Shown in pieces: positions 8,887-16,305 of a stretch of 64,000 nt of DNA. Source of the stretch: an uncultured Verrucomicrobiales bacterium (GTDB lineage: Bacteria; Verrucomicrobiota; Verrucomicrobiia; Verrucomicrobiales; DEV007); contig CAYTNL010000017.1 of the NCBI GenBank assembly GCA_964439145.1, positions 13,102 to 77,101 of the forward strand, written 5' to 3'. Each line of letters starts with the position of its first letter. Within the stretch, counting starts at the first letter, position 1. The notes below the pieces were generated by a model. The model saw only the letters and a list, made by a program, of their open reading frames with translations, was not told where the DNA came from and searched no databases. A program made the position numbers and the translations under genes.

Positions 8887-10188
8887 ATGAAACCGCGCCC
8901 CTATTCCCCATTCCCGTGTTCCCTGGTATCCGCGGTCCTCCTCATCCTCGCCGTTTGTCCCGGATTCGCCTCTGATTGGCCCGGCTTTCGCGGCCCCACG
9001 GGTGATGGAGTCGTCCCGGCAAGTGAGACACCGCCTCCGCTCACGTGGAGCGAGTCCGAGAATATCGTCTGGCGAACCGAACTCCCCGGCCCGGGCTCTT
9101 CCAGTCCCATTGTGGTGGGTGACCGCGTATACCTGAGTTGCTACAGCGGCTACGGCCTCGACAAGACCGATCCCGGCGATATCCGCCAGTTGCGCCGACA
9201 TGCCCTATGTCTCGACCGGGCCAGTGGGGAGATATTGTGGGATCACGTTATCGATTCGGGAGACGGTGAGAAGCCCTATCAAGGTGAGTACATCACCACT
9301 CACGGATACGCCTCCGGGACACCCGTTTCAGATGGGGCGGGCGTGTTCTTCTTCTTCGCTCACGCCGGGGTGCACGCTTTCAGTCTCGATGGACGAAAAG
9401 TCTGGGAGACCAGTGTCGGATCCAACGCCCACGCCTGGGGTTCGGGGTCGTCACCGGTACTCCATGGGAATCTCCTGATCGTGAACGCGGCCCTGGAGAG
9501 CGACACTCTCCTGGCGCTTGATCGACGCACGGGTGAGGTGGTGTGGCGGGTGGAGGGCTTTCCCAACTCTTGGAACACGCCAACGATTGCCACCGTGAAC
9601 GGCAGGCCTGAGTTGATCGTGAACGCCAGCGGCAAAGTGCGCGCCTTCGATCCCGAGACCGGACAGGAGCTGTGGTTTTGCTCTGGCATTCGTGCCGCGG
9701 AATTGTGTCCGAGCGTTCTCGCGCACGATGGCGTCGCCTACGTCATCGGGCATCCCGGCGGGGAGGCCATGGCAGTCCGCATGGGCGGTGATGGAGATGT
9801 CACCGGCACCCACATACTGTGGCGGATCAAAAAAGGGTCGAACGTGGGCTCTCCGGTCTGGCACGACGGCCATTTATACTTCGCCAACGATTCCCGCGGC
9901 ATCGCCTACTGTCTCAAGGCCGAGACCGGAGAGGTGGAATATGAAGAGAAACTGCTACCCGCGCGCGTCCGGGACCGTTTCTACGCCTCGCCCATCCTGA
10001 GTGAGGGACGCCTTTACTACGTGGCCCGGACCACCGGAACCATGGTGCTGGCTGCCAGTCCCAATTATGAAGTGTTGGCCACCAATGTGATCGGCGATGA
10101 TCAGAGTGTCGCCAATGCCAGCCCGGCGGTGTCGGATGGGCGGATTTACCTGCGGTCAGACCGATTTGTCTACTGTTTCGGGAAATGA
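8887..10188 (+). CDS. PQQ-like beta-propeller repeat protein (BamB-like fold), secreted
   Basis: ORF 8833..10188. ATG at 8887 precedes a signal peptide. DWPGFRGPTGDG plus repeated W-containing blades (ILWDHV, KVWETS, VVWRVE, ELWF, ILWRI) are typical of outer-membrane PQQ-like propellers. Confidence 0.75.
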   Translation: MKPRPYSPFPCSLVSAVLLILAVCPGFASDWPGFRGPTGDGVVPASETPPPLTWSESENIVWRTELPGPGSSSPIVVGDRVYLSCYSGYGLDKTDPGDIRQLRRHALCLDRASGEILWDHVIDSGDGEKPYQGEYITTHGYASGTPVSDGAGVFFFFAHAGVHAFSLDGRKVWETSVGSNAHAWGSGSSPVLHGNLLIVNAALESDTLLALDRRTGEVVWRVEGFPNSWNTPTIATVNGRPELIVNASGKVRAFDPETGQELWFCSGIRAAELCPSVLAHDGVAYVIGHPGGEAMAVRMGGDGDVTGTHILWRIKKGSNVGSPVWHDGHLYFANDSRGIAYCLKAETGEVEYEEKLLPARVRDRFYASPILSEGRLYYVARTTGTMVLAASPNYEVLATNVIGDDQSVANASPAVSDGRIYLRSDRFVYCFGK

Positions 10189-11079
10189 CAAGGTCGATTT
10201 CAGCCGGGCTTTGTGCAGATCCCATGCGGTCTGGACATGAACTGAACGGGTTTTCCACAACTCACGGTCATCCGGCACCCACTGGTAGCTCATCACCGAG
10301 TAGATCCGGTCCTTGAGCAGGTCGAACTCCACCGTGGTGCCGTTCTCGTCCTTGCCAGAGACCACGATCTTTTTCACGATCTCGTTCTCCTCGTCGGAAA
10401 AGTCGCGGTGAATGCTCAGCCACGATTCGAGCATCTCCAGCACCAGGGCCTGGTTCAGCGAGGCTCCCTTCTCGCGGGGAGATTTCATCACCAGCTCGAC
10501 ACCACCCGCCTCGGCCTGGGCGGCGTGCTGGATGAGGCGCTTGGTGTTGTCATCGAGTTTCTCCAGCGTCGGCATGACATCGATGAGGGACGAGACGATG
10601 TGGAGCTTTCGGATCACGGGCAGCACCTTCACCTTCATCAGATCGGTGGGATGGAGCACGGGCCGGATCTCGACATCCGTGTCGAGGTCGCCGATCTGTT
10701 TGAGATAGCCGGCGAAGGCCCGGCTGGAGACGCCCTTGCTGTTGCGCTGGAGCGCGAGCAGAGAGGACTCGAAGTCGAAGTAGAACGCCGAGCAGTCGGC
10801 CATGCCCTCGTCCTTGTTGAGATTCACCGGAGTGATCTCGCCGGCGAGATTGGCCCGGAAGCCCGCCGGAGCCATGGAGATGCGCATGAGATCGCCGAGA
10901 TAGCCCGCGTCCGTGAGCGTGCCCCGAGCGAGGCGGACCCAGTCGTCATTGATCTCCACATTTCGCTTCTGGCTGTCGGGCGGCATCTGATGCACCTTCC
11001 GTAGTAGGCTCTCGACATCAGCGGCGGAGGCGTCGGCCATCTCGACGCGGAAGAAATCAATTTTCGCGGTTTTGTGCAT
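10156..11079 (-). CDS. Orphan hypothetical protein (307 aa), no family recognised
   Basis: Clean 307-aa ORF, no signal peptide or TM. Visibly lower GC than its neighbours. Its 3' end overlaps the convergent PQQ-propeller gene by 33 nt. It has its own upstream copy of the recurrent motif (11148-11188). Confidence 0.6.
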   Translation of the reverse strand: MHKTAKIDFFRVEMADASAADVESLLRKVHQMPPDSQKRNVEINDDWVRLARGTLTDAGYLGDLMRISMAPAGFRANLAGEITPVNLNKDEGMADCSAFYFDFESSLLALQRNSKGVSSRAFAGYLKQIGDLDTDVEIRPVLHPTDLMKVKVLPVIRKLHIVSSLIDVMPTLEKLDDNTKRLIQHAAQAEAGGVELVMKSPREKGASLNQALVLEMLESWLSIHRDFSDEENEIVKKIVVSGKDENGTTVEFDLLKDRIYSVMSYQWVPDDRELWKTRSVHVQTAWDLHKARLKSTLSFPETVDKSV

Positions 11080-11147
11080 GAGCGGCCCCTCCTAGGCGCG
11101 AAGCGCGTCCGGGTCAACTGCTTCTGATCCGCGGATGATCCCCGCGA

Positions 11148-11188
11148 GAGTCAACAGGGTTGGGTTCTCCACCATACCCTGTCAGGTC
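11148..11188. repeat. Recurrent ACCCTsT-hexamer motif, divergent (back-to-back) pair
   Basis: gAGTCAAcagggttgggttctccaccataccctgTCAGGTc. The left unit reads on the minus strand (aacccaaccctgTTGACT), the right unit on the plus strand. Confidence 0.55.
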
Positions 11189-11197
11189 GTCGAGAAT

Positions 11198-12421
11198 TCA
11201 GGCGGTATCAAAGGAGCGCAACCAGGCGTAGAGGGCGTCGCCGAGCTGGCGATAGCCCTCGGCGGAGGGATGGACACCGTTGGACTGACGCTCGATCTCG
11301 GTCTCGGTGCGGGCGTGGGCTTTCTCGACCCTGGCGGGGAAACCGTGGACGGGATCGAGATTCAACCACGCGGGCACGAGGTGGAGATTTTCGGCCTCCC
11401 GATCGCCGAAGGCTTCGATCATGCGTTCGATGACCCGATGCTGATTGCGCCGGTATTGCCAGCGCGTCTGACCACTCCCGTAGTTGGCGCCGAAGGCGTC
11501 CTGACTGGCGGCGGGCGGCATGGGCAGGATGGCTCCGACGCGGGTCGCGGGGTGGTGGTCGCGAATCATTTTCAACAGCGTCTCGTAGTGGGCGAACATG
11601 GTGTCGATCCGCTCCTCGATGGTATCGTCCGTGGCGTTGAAAGTGTCGTTGCAGCCGAGCAATATGGTCACGAAATCCGGCGCCTCGCCCTCGTTGAACT
11701 CGGCGCAGTAGCGCGCGAAATCGAGCCGGGGCGCATCATCGGAGTCGTTCTGGTAGAGAAACGGGCTGCCGCATTCCTTGTAGGGACCGCCGCGGGCGAT
11801 GCCGGCGTTGTAATGGGTGGCGAAACGCTGGGCGGTCCAGCCTCCATAGCCTTCGTGGCGATTGCCCGAGCCGTCGCCGCCGTTCGGCTGGGCCTCCGCG
11901 CCGGGACCGCGCGTGCCGATGAGACGAAGGGGCAGCGCGTCTTCGTTCGCCAGTTCGAGCACACGACCCGAGTAGATCGACGCATTGGTCAGGCTGTCGC
12001 CGATGATCAACAGCGTGAACGGCTTTTTCGGTGGCGTGATTACTATCCGATCACGAACGCGAAGGACGGTTTCCGCCGTGGCGACAATGTGGTTTTCCGC
12101 GTCGCGCAGTTCGATCACTAACGGGAATTCGCCGAGGTCCTTCTTTTCCGGGTCGGCGGAGGGCGTCCACGTCCAGCGCTCGCTCTGTTGCGCGCCCCGG
12201 GCGCAGGTGACATCGACGGCGTAGTTGGCGGGGTTGAGGGCGAGGTAGGCGTTGTCGAAGTAGAGATTCGTTTCCAGTCCGGAGAGCGCGTGGATCGCGG
12301 GTGGGAGAACGAGCCGGAGTGGACTTGGCGGAGACGCCGGCGTGGTGTCCGCGGAGGCGCCGACACTGATCATGGTGGCGAGAACGGCGAAGACGAGGAC
12401 GCAAGGCGCGGGAATTTTCAT
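11198..12421 (-). CDS. SGNH/GDSL-family hydrolase, secreted
   Basis: Signal peptide MKIPAPCVLVFAVLATMISVGASA. Block I LLIIGDSLTN, block III-like ILLGCNDTF, and a C-terminal DPVHGFP...NGVHPS (D-x-x-H-like). Confidence 0.75.
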   Translation of the reverse strand: MKIPAPCVLVFAVLATMISVGASADTTPASPPSPLRLVLPPAIHALSGLETNLYFDNAYLALNPANYAVDVTCARGAQQSERWTWTPSADPEKKDLGEFPLVIELRDAENHIVATAETVLRVRDRIVITPPKKPFTLLIIGDSLTNASIYSGRVLELANEDALPLRLIGTRGPGAEAQPNGGDGSGNRHEGYGGWTAQRFATHYNAGIARGGPYKECGSPFLYQNDSDDAPRLDFARYCAEFNEGEAPDFVTILLGCNDTFNATDDTIEERIDTMFAHYETLLKMIRDHHPATRVGAILPMPPAASQDAFGANYGSGQTRWQYRRNQHRVIERMIEAFGDREAENLHLVPAWLNLDPVHGFPARVEKAHARTETEIERQSNGVHPSAEGYRQLGDALYAWLRSFDTA

Positions 12422-12612
12422 CCAACGAGGATGGTTACGAAAACCGACCTCGGCAAGAACCGTGATCAGTGAGATGGGGGGTGGAGAAACGAAAAGTGAC
12501 CGCGTATGGGAGTACTTCCACCGGGAGTGCGGGCGTCTCGCCCGCCGCGTCGGTCATGCCTGAGCGCAAGCATCCATGCTCGCCCCGGATGGCAGCGCCC
12601 AGGCCAAGCGAC

Positions 12613-12699
12613 GGACGCCTCGGCGAGGCGTCCCTACCGAAAATATTAGGCATACCTTCAATGGGAATACCCGGTAGGGACGCACCGCCGGGGCGTCCG
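12613..12699. repeat. Composite palindromic (REP/MITE-like) element
   Basis: Two inverted copies of a ~27-nt self-complementary unit: ggacgccTCGGCGAGgcgtccctaccg at 12613-12639, and its reverse complement cggtagggacgcACCGCCGGggcgtcc at 12672-12697. They flank an AT-rich 32-nt spacer. A related hairpin gggtaggcgcgatgcgtccctacc lies at 36623-36646. Confidence 0.6.
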
Positions 12700-12713
12700 C
12701 CTCTTCGCTGCCC

Positions 12714-13634
12714 TCAATAATCCCGATCCAACAAATAATCCGCGATCTCGCGCAGTCGCTCGGCGCTGGTGCCGAAGACTTGCAGGGATTCGCGGGCGCG
12801 GGCGGTGAGCCTGGCGGCTTCGGCGCGGGATTTTTCCAATCCGAACAGCGCCGGGTAGGTCGCCTTCCCAACCGCCTGATCCTTGCCGGCGCTCTTGCCG
12901 AGTTTTTCGGTGGTCTGGGTGACGTCGAGGATGTCGTCGATGACCTGGAAAGCCAAGCCGAGCGAGTGACCGAAGACGGTGAGCGCATCCAACTGTTTCG
13001 GCGTGGCGTTTGCGGCCATGCCGCCGAACCGGATGGCGGTGGTGAGCAGGGCCGCGGTCTTGCTCTCGTGGATGTAGCGCAACTGGGAGGGCGTGATTTC
13101 CGCGCCCTGACCCTCGCCTTCGAGGTCCATGACCTGACCGCCGATGAGCTTGCGGCTCCCGCCGGTGTCGGCGAGTTCGCGGACGAAATCGGCCAGGGGA
13201 TAGCGCTTCGGGGGATGAATGGACGCCACGATCTCAAAGGCCAGCGTGAGCAGGGCGTCTCCGGCGAGGACGGCGACGCCTTCGCCGTAGACCTTGTGGC
13301 AGGTCGGATTGCCGCGCCGGAAATCGTCGTCGTCCATGCAGGGCAGATCGTCGTGAATGAGCGTGTAGGTATGCAGGATCTCCACCGCCGCGCCGAGGGT
13401 GAGCGCGTTGGCAAACCCGGGATCAGTCGCCTTGGACTCCGCCCCGCAGGCTTCGGCGGCGGCGAGCCCGAGCACGGGTCGCAGTCGTTTGCCGCCGGCG
13501 AAAACGGAATACCGCATCGCCTCGTGGATGGTCGCGGGCCGGGTCTTCGCGCTCGGCAGTCGGCGTCGCAGCTCGGCATCGACCAGCTTCTGGCGAGCCT
13601 TCAGGTAGGCCTTCAAGCTTGGGGCATGGGGCAT
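12714..13634 (-). CDS. Polyprenyl diphosphate synthase (farnesyl/geranylgeranyl diphosphate synthase type)
   Basis: First Asp-rich motif LIHDDLPCMDDDDFRRG and second motif FQVIDDILD. Length 306 aa. Confidence 0.85.
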   Translation of the reverse strand: MPHAPSLKAYLKARQKLVDAELRRRLPSAKTRPATIHEAMRYSVFAGGKRLRPVLGLAAAEACGAESKATDPGFANALTLGAAVEILHTYTLIHDDLPCMDDDDFRRGNPTCHKVYGEGVAVLAGDALLTLAFEIVASIHPPKRYPLADFVRELADTGGSRKLIGGQVMDLEGEGQGAEITPSQLRYIHESKTAALLTTAIRFGGMAANATPKQLDALTVFGHSLGLAFQVIDDILDVTQTTEKLGKSAGKDQAVGKATYPALFGLEKSRAEAARLTARARESLQVFGTSAERLREIADYLLDRDY

Positions 13635-13656
13635 GGAGTCTGGGGCTGACTGAAAC

Positions 13657-14670
13657 TCAGAGCAACTCCGCGATCTGCACCGCGTTGAGTGCCGCGCCCT
13701 TGCGGACCTGGTCGCCGACGACCCAGAAGGTGAGACCCTTTTCGGCGAAGACGAGGTCGCGTCGGATGCGCCCGACGAGGCAGTCGTCGGCGTTGGTGAC
13801 GTCGAGCGGAGTCGGGTATTGCGGCGGGGTGGCCTTGATGTCGTCCAGCACCCGGACGCCGGGCGCGGACTCGATGGCGAGGCGTGCGGCCTCGACCGAG
13901 GGCTCGTTGTGAAACTCGGCCGTCACCGCCACGGCGTGGGATCGATATACCGGCACCCGCACGCAGGTGACGGAGGCGACGAGATCGGGCGCGTGGAGGA
14001 TTTTCCGGCCCTCGTGGTGCATTTTCATCTCCTCCTTGGTGTAGCCGTTCTCGAGGAAGACATCGACCTGGGGGATGACGTTCGAGGCGATCTGGTGCGG
14101 GTAGACTTTGCGTTCTGGAATCGGCTCGCCGAGCGCGAGCGCCTTGTTCTGGGCTTCCAGTTCGAGGATGCCCTGGGCGCCGCTGCCGGAGACGGCCTGG
14201 TAGCTGGAGGCGATGATCTTGGTCACGCCACCGAAGGCCTGATGCAGGGGATTGAGCCCCATGAGGGTGATGATGGTGGTGCAGTTCGGATTGGCGATGA
14301 TGCCGGCGTGGCCTTTGACATCGCCGCCGTTGACTTCGGGCACCACGAGCGGCACTTCGGGTTCCATGCGGAAGGCGGAGGAGTTGTCGATGACCACCGC
14401 ATTCGACGCCACCGCGTGGGGACCGAACTCCTTGGAAATGCCCGATCCGGCGCTGAAGAGGGCGATGTCGACGTGCTTGAACGAATCAGCCGTCAGCTCC
14501 CGCACCGGGATCTCTTCCCCGCGAAACGTCATCGTCTTCCCGGCCGAGCGTGCGGAGGCGAGAAGAGTCAATTGGCCGACGGGAAAGTCGCGTTGCTCGA
14601 GACACTTCAGCATCTCGACCCCAACGGCTCCGGTCGCGCCAGCGATGGCGACATGTTTGAGTTCGCTCAT
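13657..14670 (-). CDS. asd: Aspartate-semialdehyde dehydrogenase
   Basis: N-terminal Rossmann VAIAGATGAVG, active-site context IANPNCTTI, SYQAVSGSG; 337 aa. Confidence 0.9.
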   Translation of the reverse strand: MSELKHVAIAGATGAVGVEMLKCLEQRDFPVGQLTLLASARSAGKTMTFRGEEIPVRELTADSFKHVDIALFSAGSGISKEFGPHAVASNAVVIDNSSAFRMEPEVPLVVPEVNGGDVKGHAGIIANPNCTTIITLMGLNPLHQAFGGVTKIIASSYQAVSGSGAQGILELEAQNKALALGEPIPERKVYPHQIASNVIPQVDVFLENGYTKEEMKMHHEGRKILHAPDLVASVTCVRVPVYRSHAVAVTAEFHNEPSVEAARLAIESAPGVRVLDDIKATPPQYPTPLDVTNADDCLVGRIRRDLVFAEKGLTFWVVGDQVRKGAALNAVQIAELL

Positions 14671-14942
14671 GGAGAGGGTGATATCAGGTGAAAAAAGGGC
14701 GGGAAAATACGGGTTCCTGTCCGCTTTGCAATGGGGGAAGAGGAGGCCGATATGGCGCGAAAAATATTTTAGTAAACTTAAATTAGTGCGGAAATTCTAT
14801 GAAAAGATCGTATCATGGGTTTTGGGTTCGGGAAAGAACCGTGAATGGTCTGTCGTCTTGCGACGTCTGAACGGCTTGAGCGGTTTTTCGTTTCCGCCAC
14901 TCAATCAACCTCAACAACCACATCACCCAACCTGTCCACAAG

Positions 14943-15089
14943 ATGAAGAAACTGCTCCTTACCCTGTCCGCCATTGCCCTTGTCGTGGGCTTCTCGAGCT
15001 GCGCCTCCACCCAGAGCTGCGATTCCAAGAAAGCTTGCTGCCCCAGCAAGAGCAGCTCCTGCTGCCCCGAAGTGACCTGCTCGAAGTAA
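14943..15089 (+). CDS. Small Cys-rich lipoprotein (48 aa), not in the ORF track
   Basis: Read directly from the DNA: MKKLLLTLSAIALVVGFSSCASTQSCDSKKACCPSKSSSCCPEVTCSK*. Classical signal peptide plus lipobox (GFSS|C). The mature 29-aa peptide has 8 Cys including two CC pairs. Preceded by an AT-rich promoter-like stretch (~14760-14810). Confidence 0.55.
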   Translation: MKKLLLTLSAIALVVGFSSCASTQSCDSKKACCPSKSSSCCPEVTCSK

Positions 15090-15191
15090 GTCACCGGACA
15101 ACATCGGTGGACGGCCTGTCCGTCCCCGCATCTTTCACAGCCGCCCGGGTGATCGTGTTCGCCTCGGCGGCTGTTTTCTTATCGGCTCCGT

Positions 15192-16163
15192 TCAGCTACC
15201 CAGTCCCGTAGCCGCGCGGACGCGGTCGAGGACTTGGCGCGCCTGTTCCCGCGCAGTCTTCGCGCCAGCCGCGAGCACGTCGGAGACGTAGCCGGTATCG
15301 GCGGCGATGGCGTCACGTTTTTCGCGCAGGGGAGCGAAGTGGTCGCGGATTTTCTCGAACAACTGCTGTTTGTAGTGTCCGTAGCCTTGCCCGCCGGCTC
15401 GGTAGCTGGCTTTCATTTCCCCGACCTCCTCCGGGGTGGCGAAGAGCGAGTACAACTCGACCAAGTAACTGCCCTCGGGATCCTTGGCATCCTCGACCGG
15501 GGTGGAGTCCGTCACGATCCTCATGATCTTCTTGCGGAGCGCCTTTTCGGTTTCCTCGAAAATGAGGATCGTGTTGTCGTAGCTCTTGCTCATCTTGCGC
15601 CCGTCGAGTCCGGGCACGGTGGCTGTCTCCTCGCGGATGCGCGGCTCGGGGACTTTGAGTAGATTCTCGCCGTAGCGATCATTGAATTTCATCGCGATGT
15701 CACGGGTGACCTCGATGTGCTGCTTCTGGTCCTTGCCGACCGGGACGACGTCCGAGTCGAAAATGACGATGTCCGCCGCCTGCAGAACCGGGTAGGCGAA
15801 GAGACCGTGCGAGGACGTGATACCTTGGGCGATCTTGTCCTTGTAGGAGACACAGCGCTCCAGCAGACCCATGGGAGTGACGCAGCTGAGGATCCAGGTC
15901 AGTTCGGTGACTTCGGGCACGTCCGACTGCACCCAGAACGTGGCCTTTTCCGGGTCGAGACCGCAGGCGAGAAAATCGATCGCCAGATTCCGCACATGAC
16001 CGCGCAGGGAGTCGGCGTTGTGGGTGGAGGTGAGCGCGTGATAGTCGGCGATGAAATAGAAGGCGTCGCCCTCCTCCTGGAGCCGGATGGCGGGTTCCAT
16101 CATGCCGAGGTAGTTGCCGATGTGCGGGCTGCCGCTGGGCTGGATGCCGGATAGGATGCGCAT
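15192..16163 (-). CDS. trpS: Tryptophan--tRNA ligase
   Basis: ORF 15192..16226. ATG at 16163 gives MRILSGIQPSGSPHIGNYLG (HIGH-type motif). KMSKS present (GRKMSKSY). Confidence 0.9.
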   Translation of the reverse strand: MRILSGIQPSGSPHIGNYLGMMEPAIRLQEEGDAFYFIADYHALTSTHNADSLRGHVRNLAIDFLACGLDPEKATFWVQSDVPEVTELTWILSCVTPMGLLERCVSYKDKIAQGITSSHGLFAYPVLQAADIVIFDSDVVPVGKDQKQHIEVTRDIAMKFNDRYGENLLKVPEPRIREETATVPGLDGRKMSKSYDNTILIFEETEKALRKKIMRIVTDSTPVEDAKDPEGSYLVELYSLFATPEEVGEMKASYRAGGQGYGHYKQQLFEKIRDHFAPLREKRDAIAADTGYVSDVLAAGAKTAREQARQVLDRVRAATGLGS

Positions 16164-16244
16164 GGGTGGGAGGGGAAAGGTGGCGAAAGAGAGGGGAACT
16201 TTGCCGCTCAGACAAGCGCGAATCAAGACACGACGCCGTTTCGG

Positions 16245-16269
16245 GGAAAAACGGGTTGGAAAATCGCGG
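16245..16269 (-). repeat. Degenerate single copy of the recurrent motif (upstream of trpS)
   Basis: Minus-strand reading is ccgcgattttccaacccgTTTTTCC; compare cgcggacccaaccctcTTTGCT. Lies between divergent trpS and argS. Confidence 0.35.
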
Positions 16270-16305
16270 TTGTGGGGCTTTTTGGCGGTGCCGAATCATA
16301 CGCCC

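Noticed and set aside
12435-12720. Three small ORFs (72-83 aa) in the SGNH/polyprenyl-synthase intergenic region
   Set aside because: They are read across the palindromic repeat element on both strands (giving mirror-image peptides such as GEASLP / GRDAPPGRP). This is characteristic of repeat-derived pseudo-ORFs.
14671-14942. Possible riboswitch or leader in the long region upstream of asd
   Set aside because: I could not recognise any conserved riboswitch core (lysine, SAM, glycine). The region is better explained by divergent promoters for asd and the small Cys-rich lipoprotein gene.
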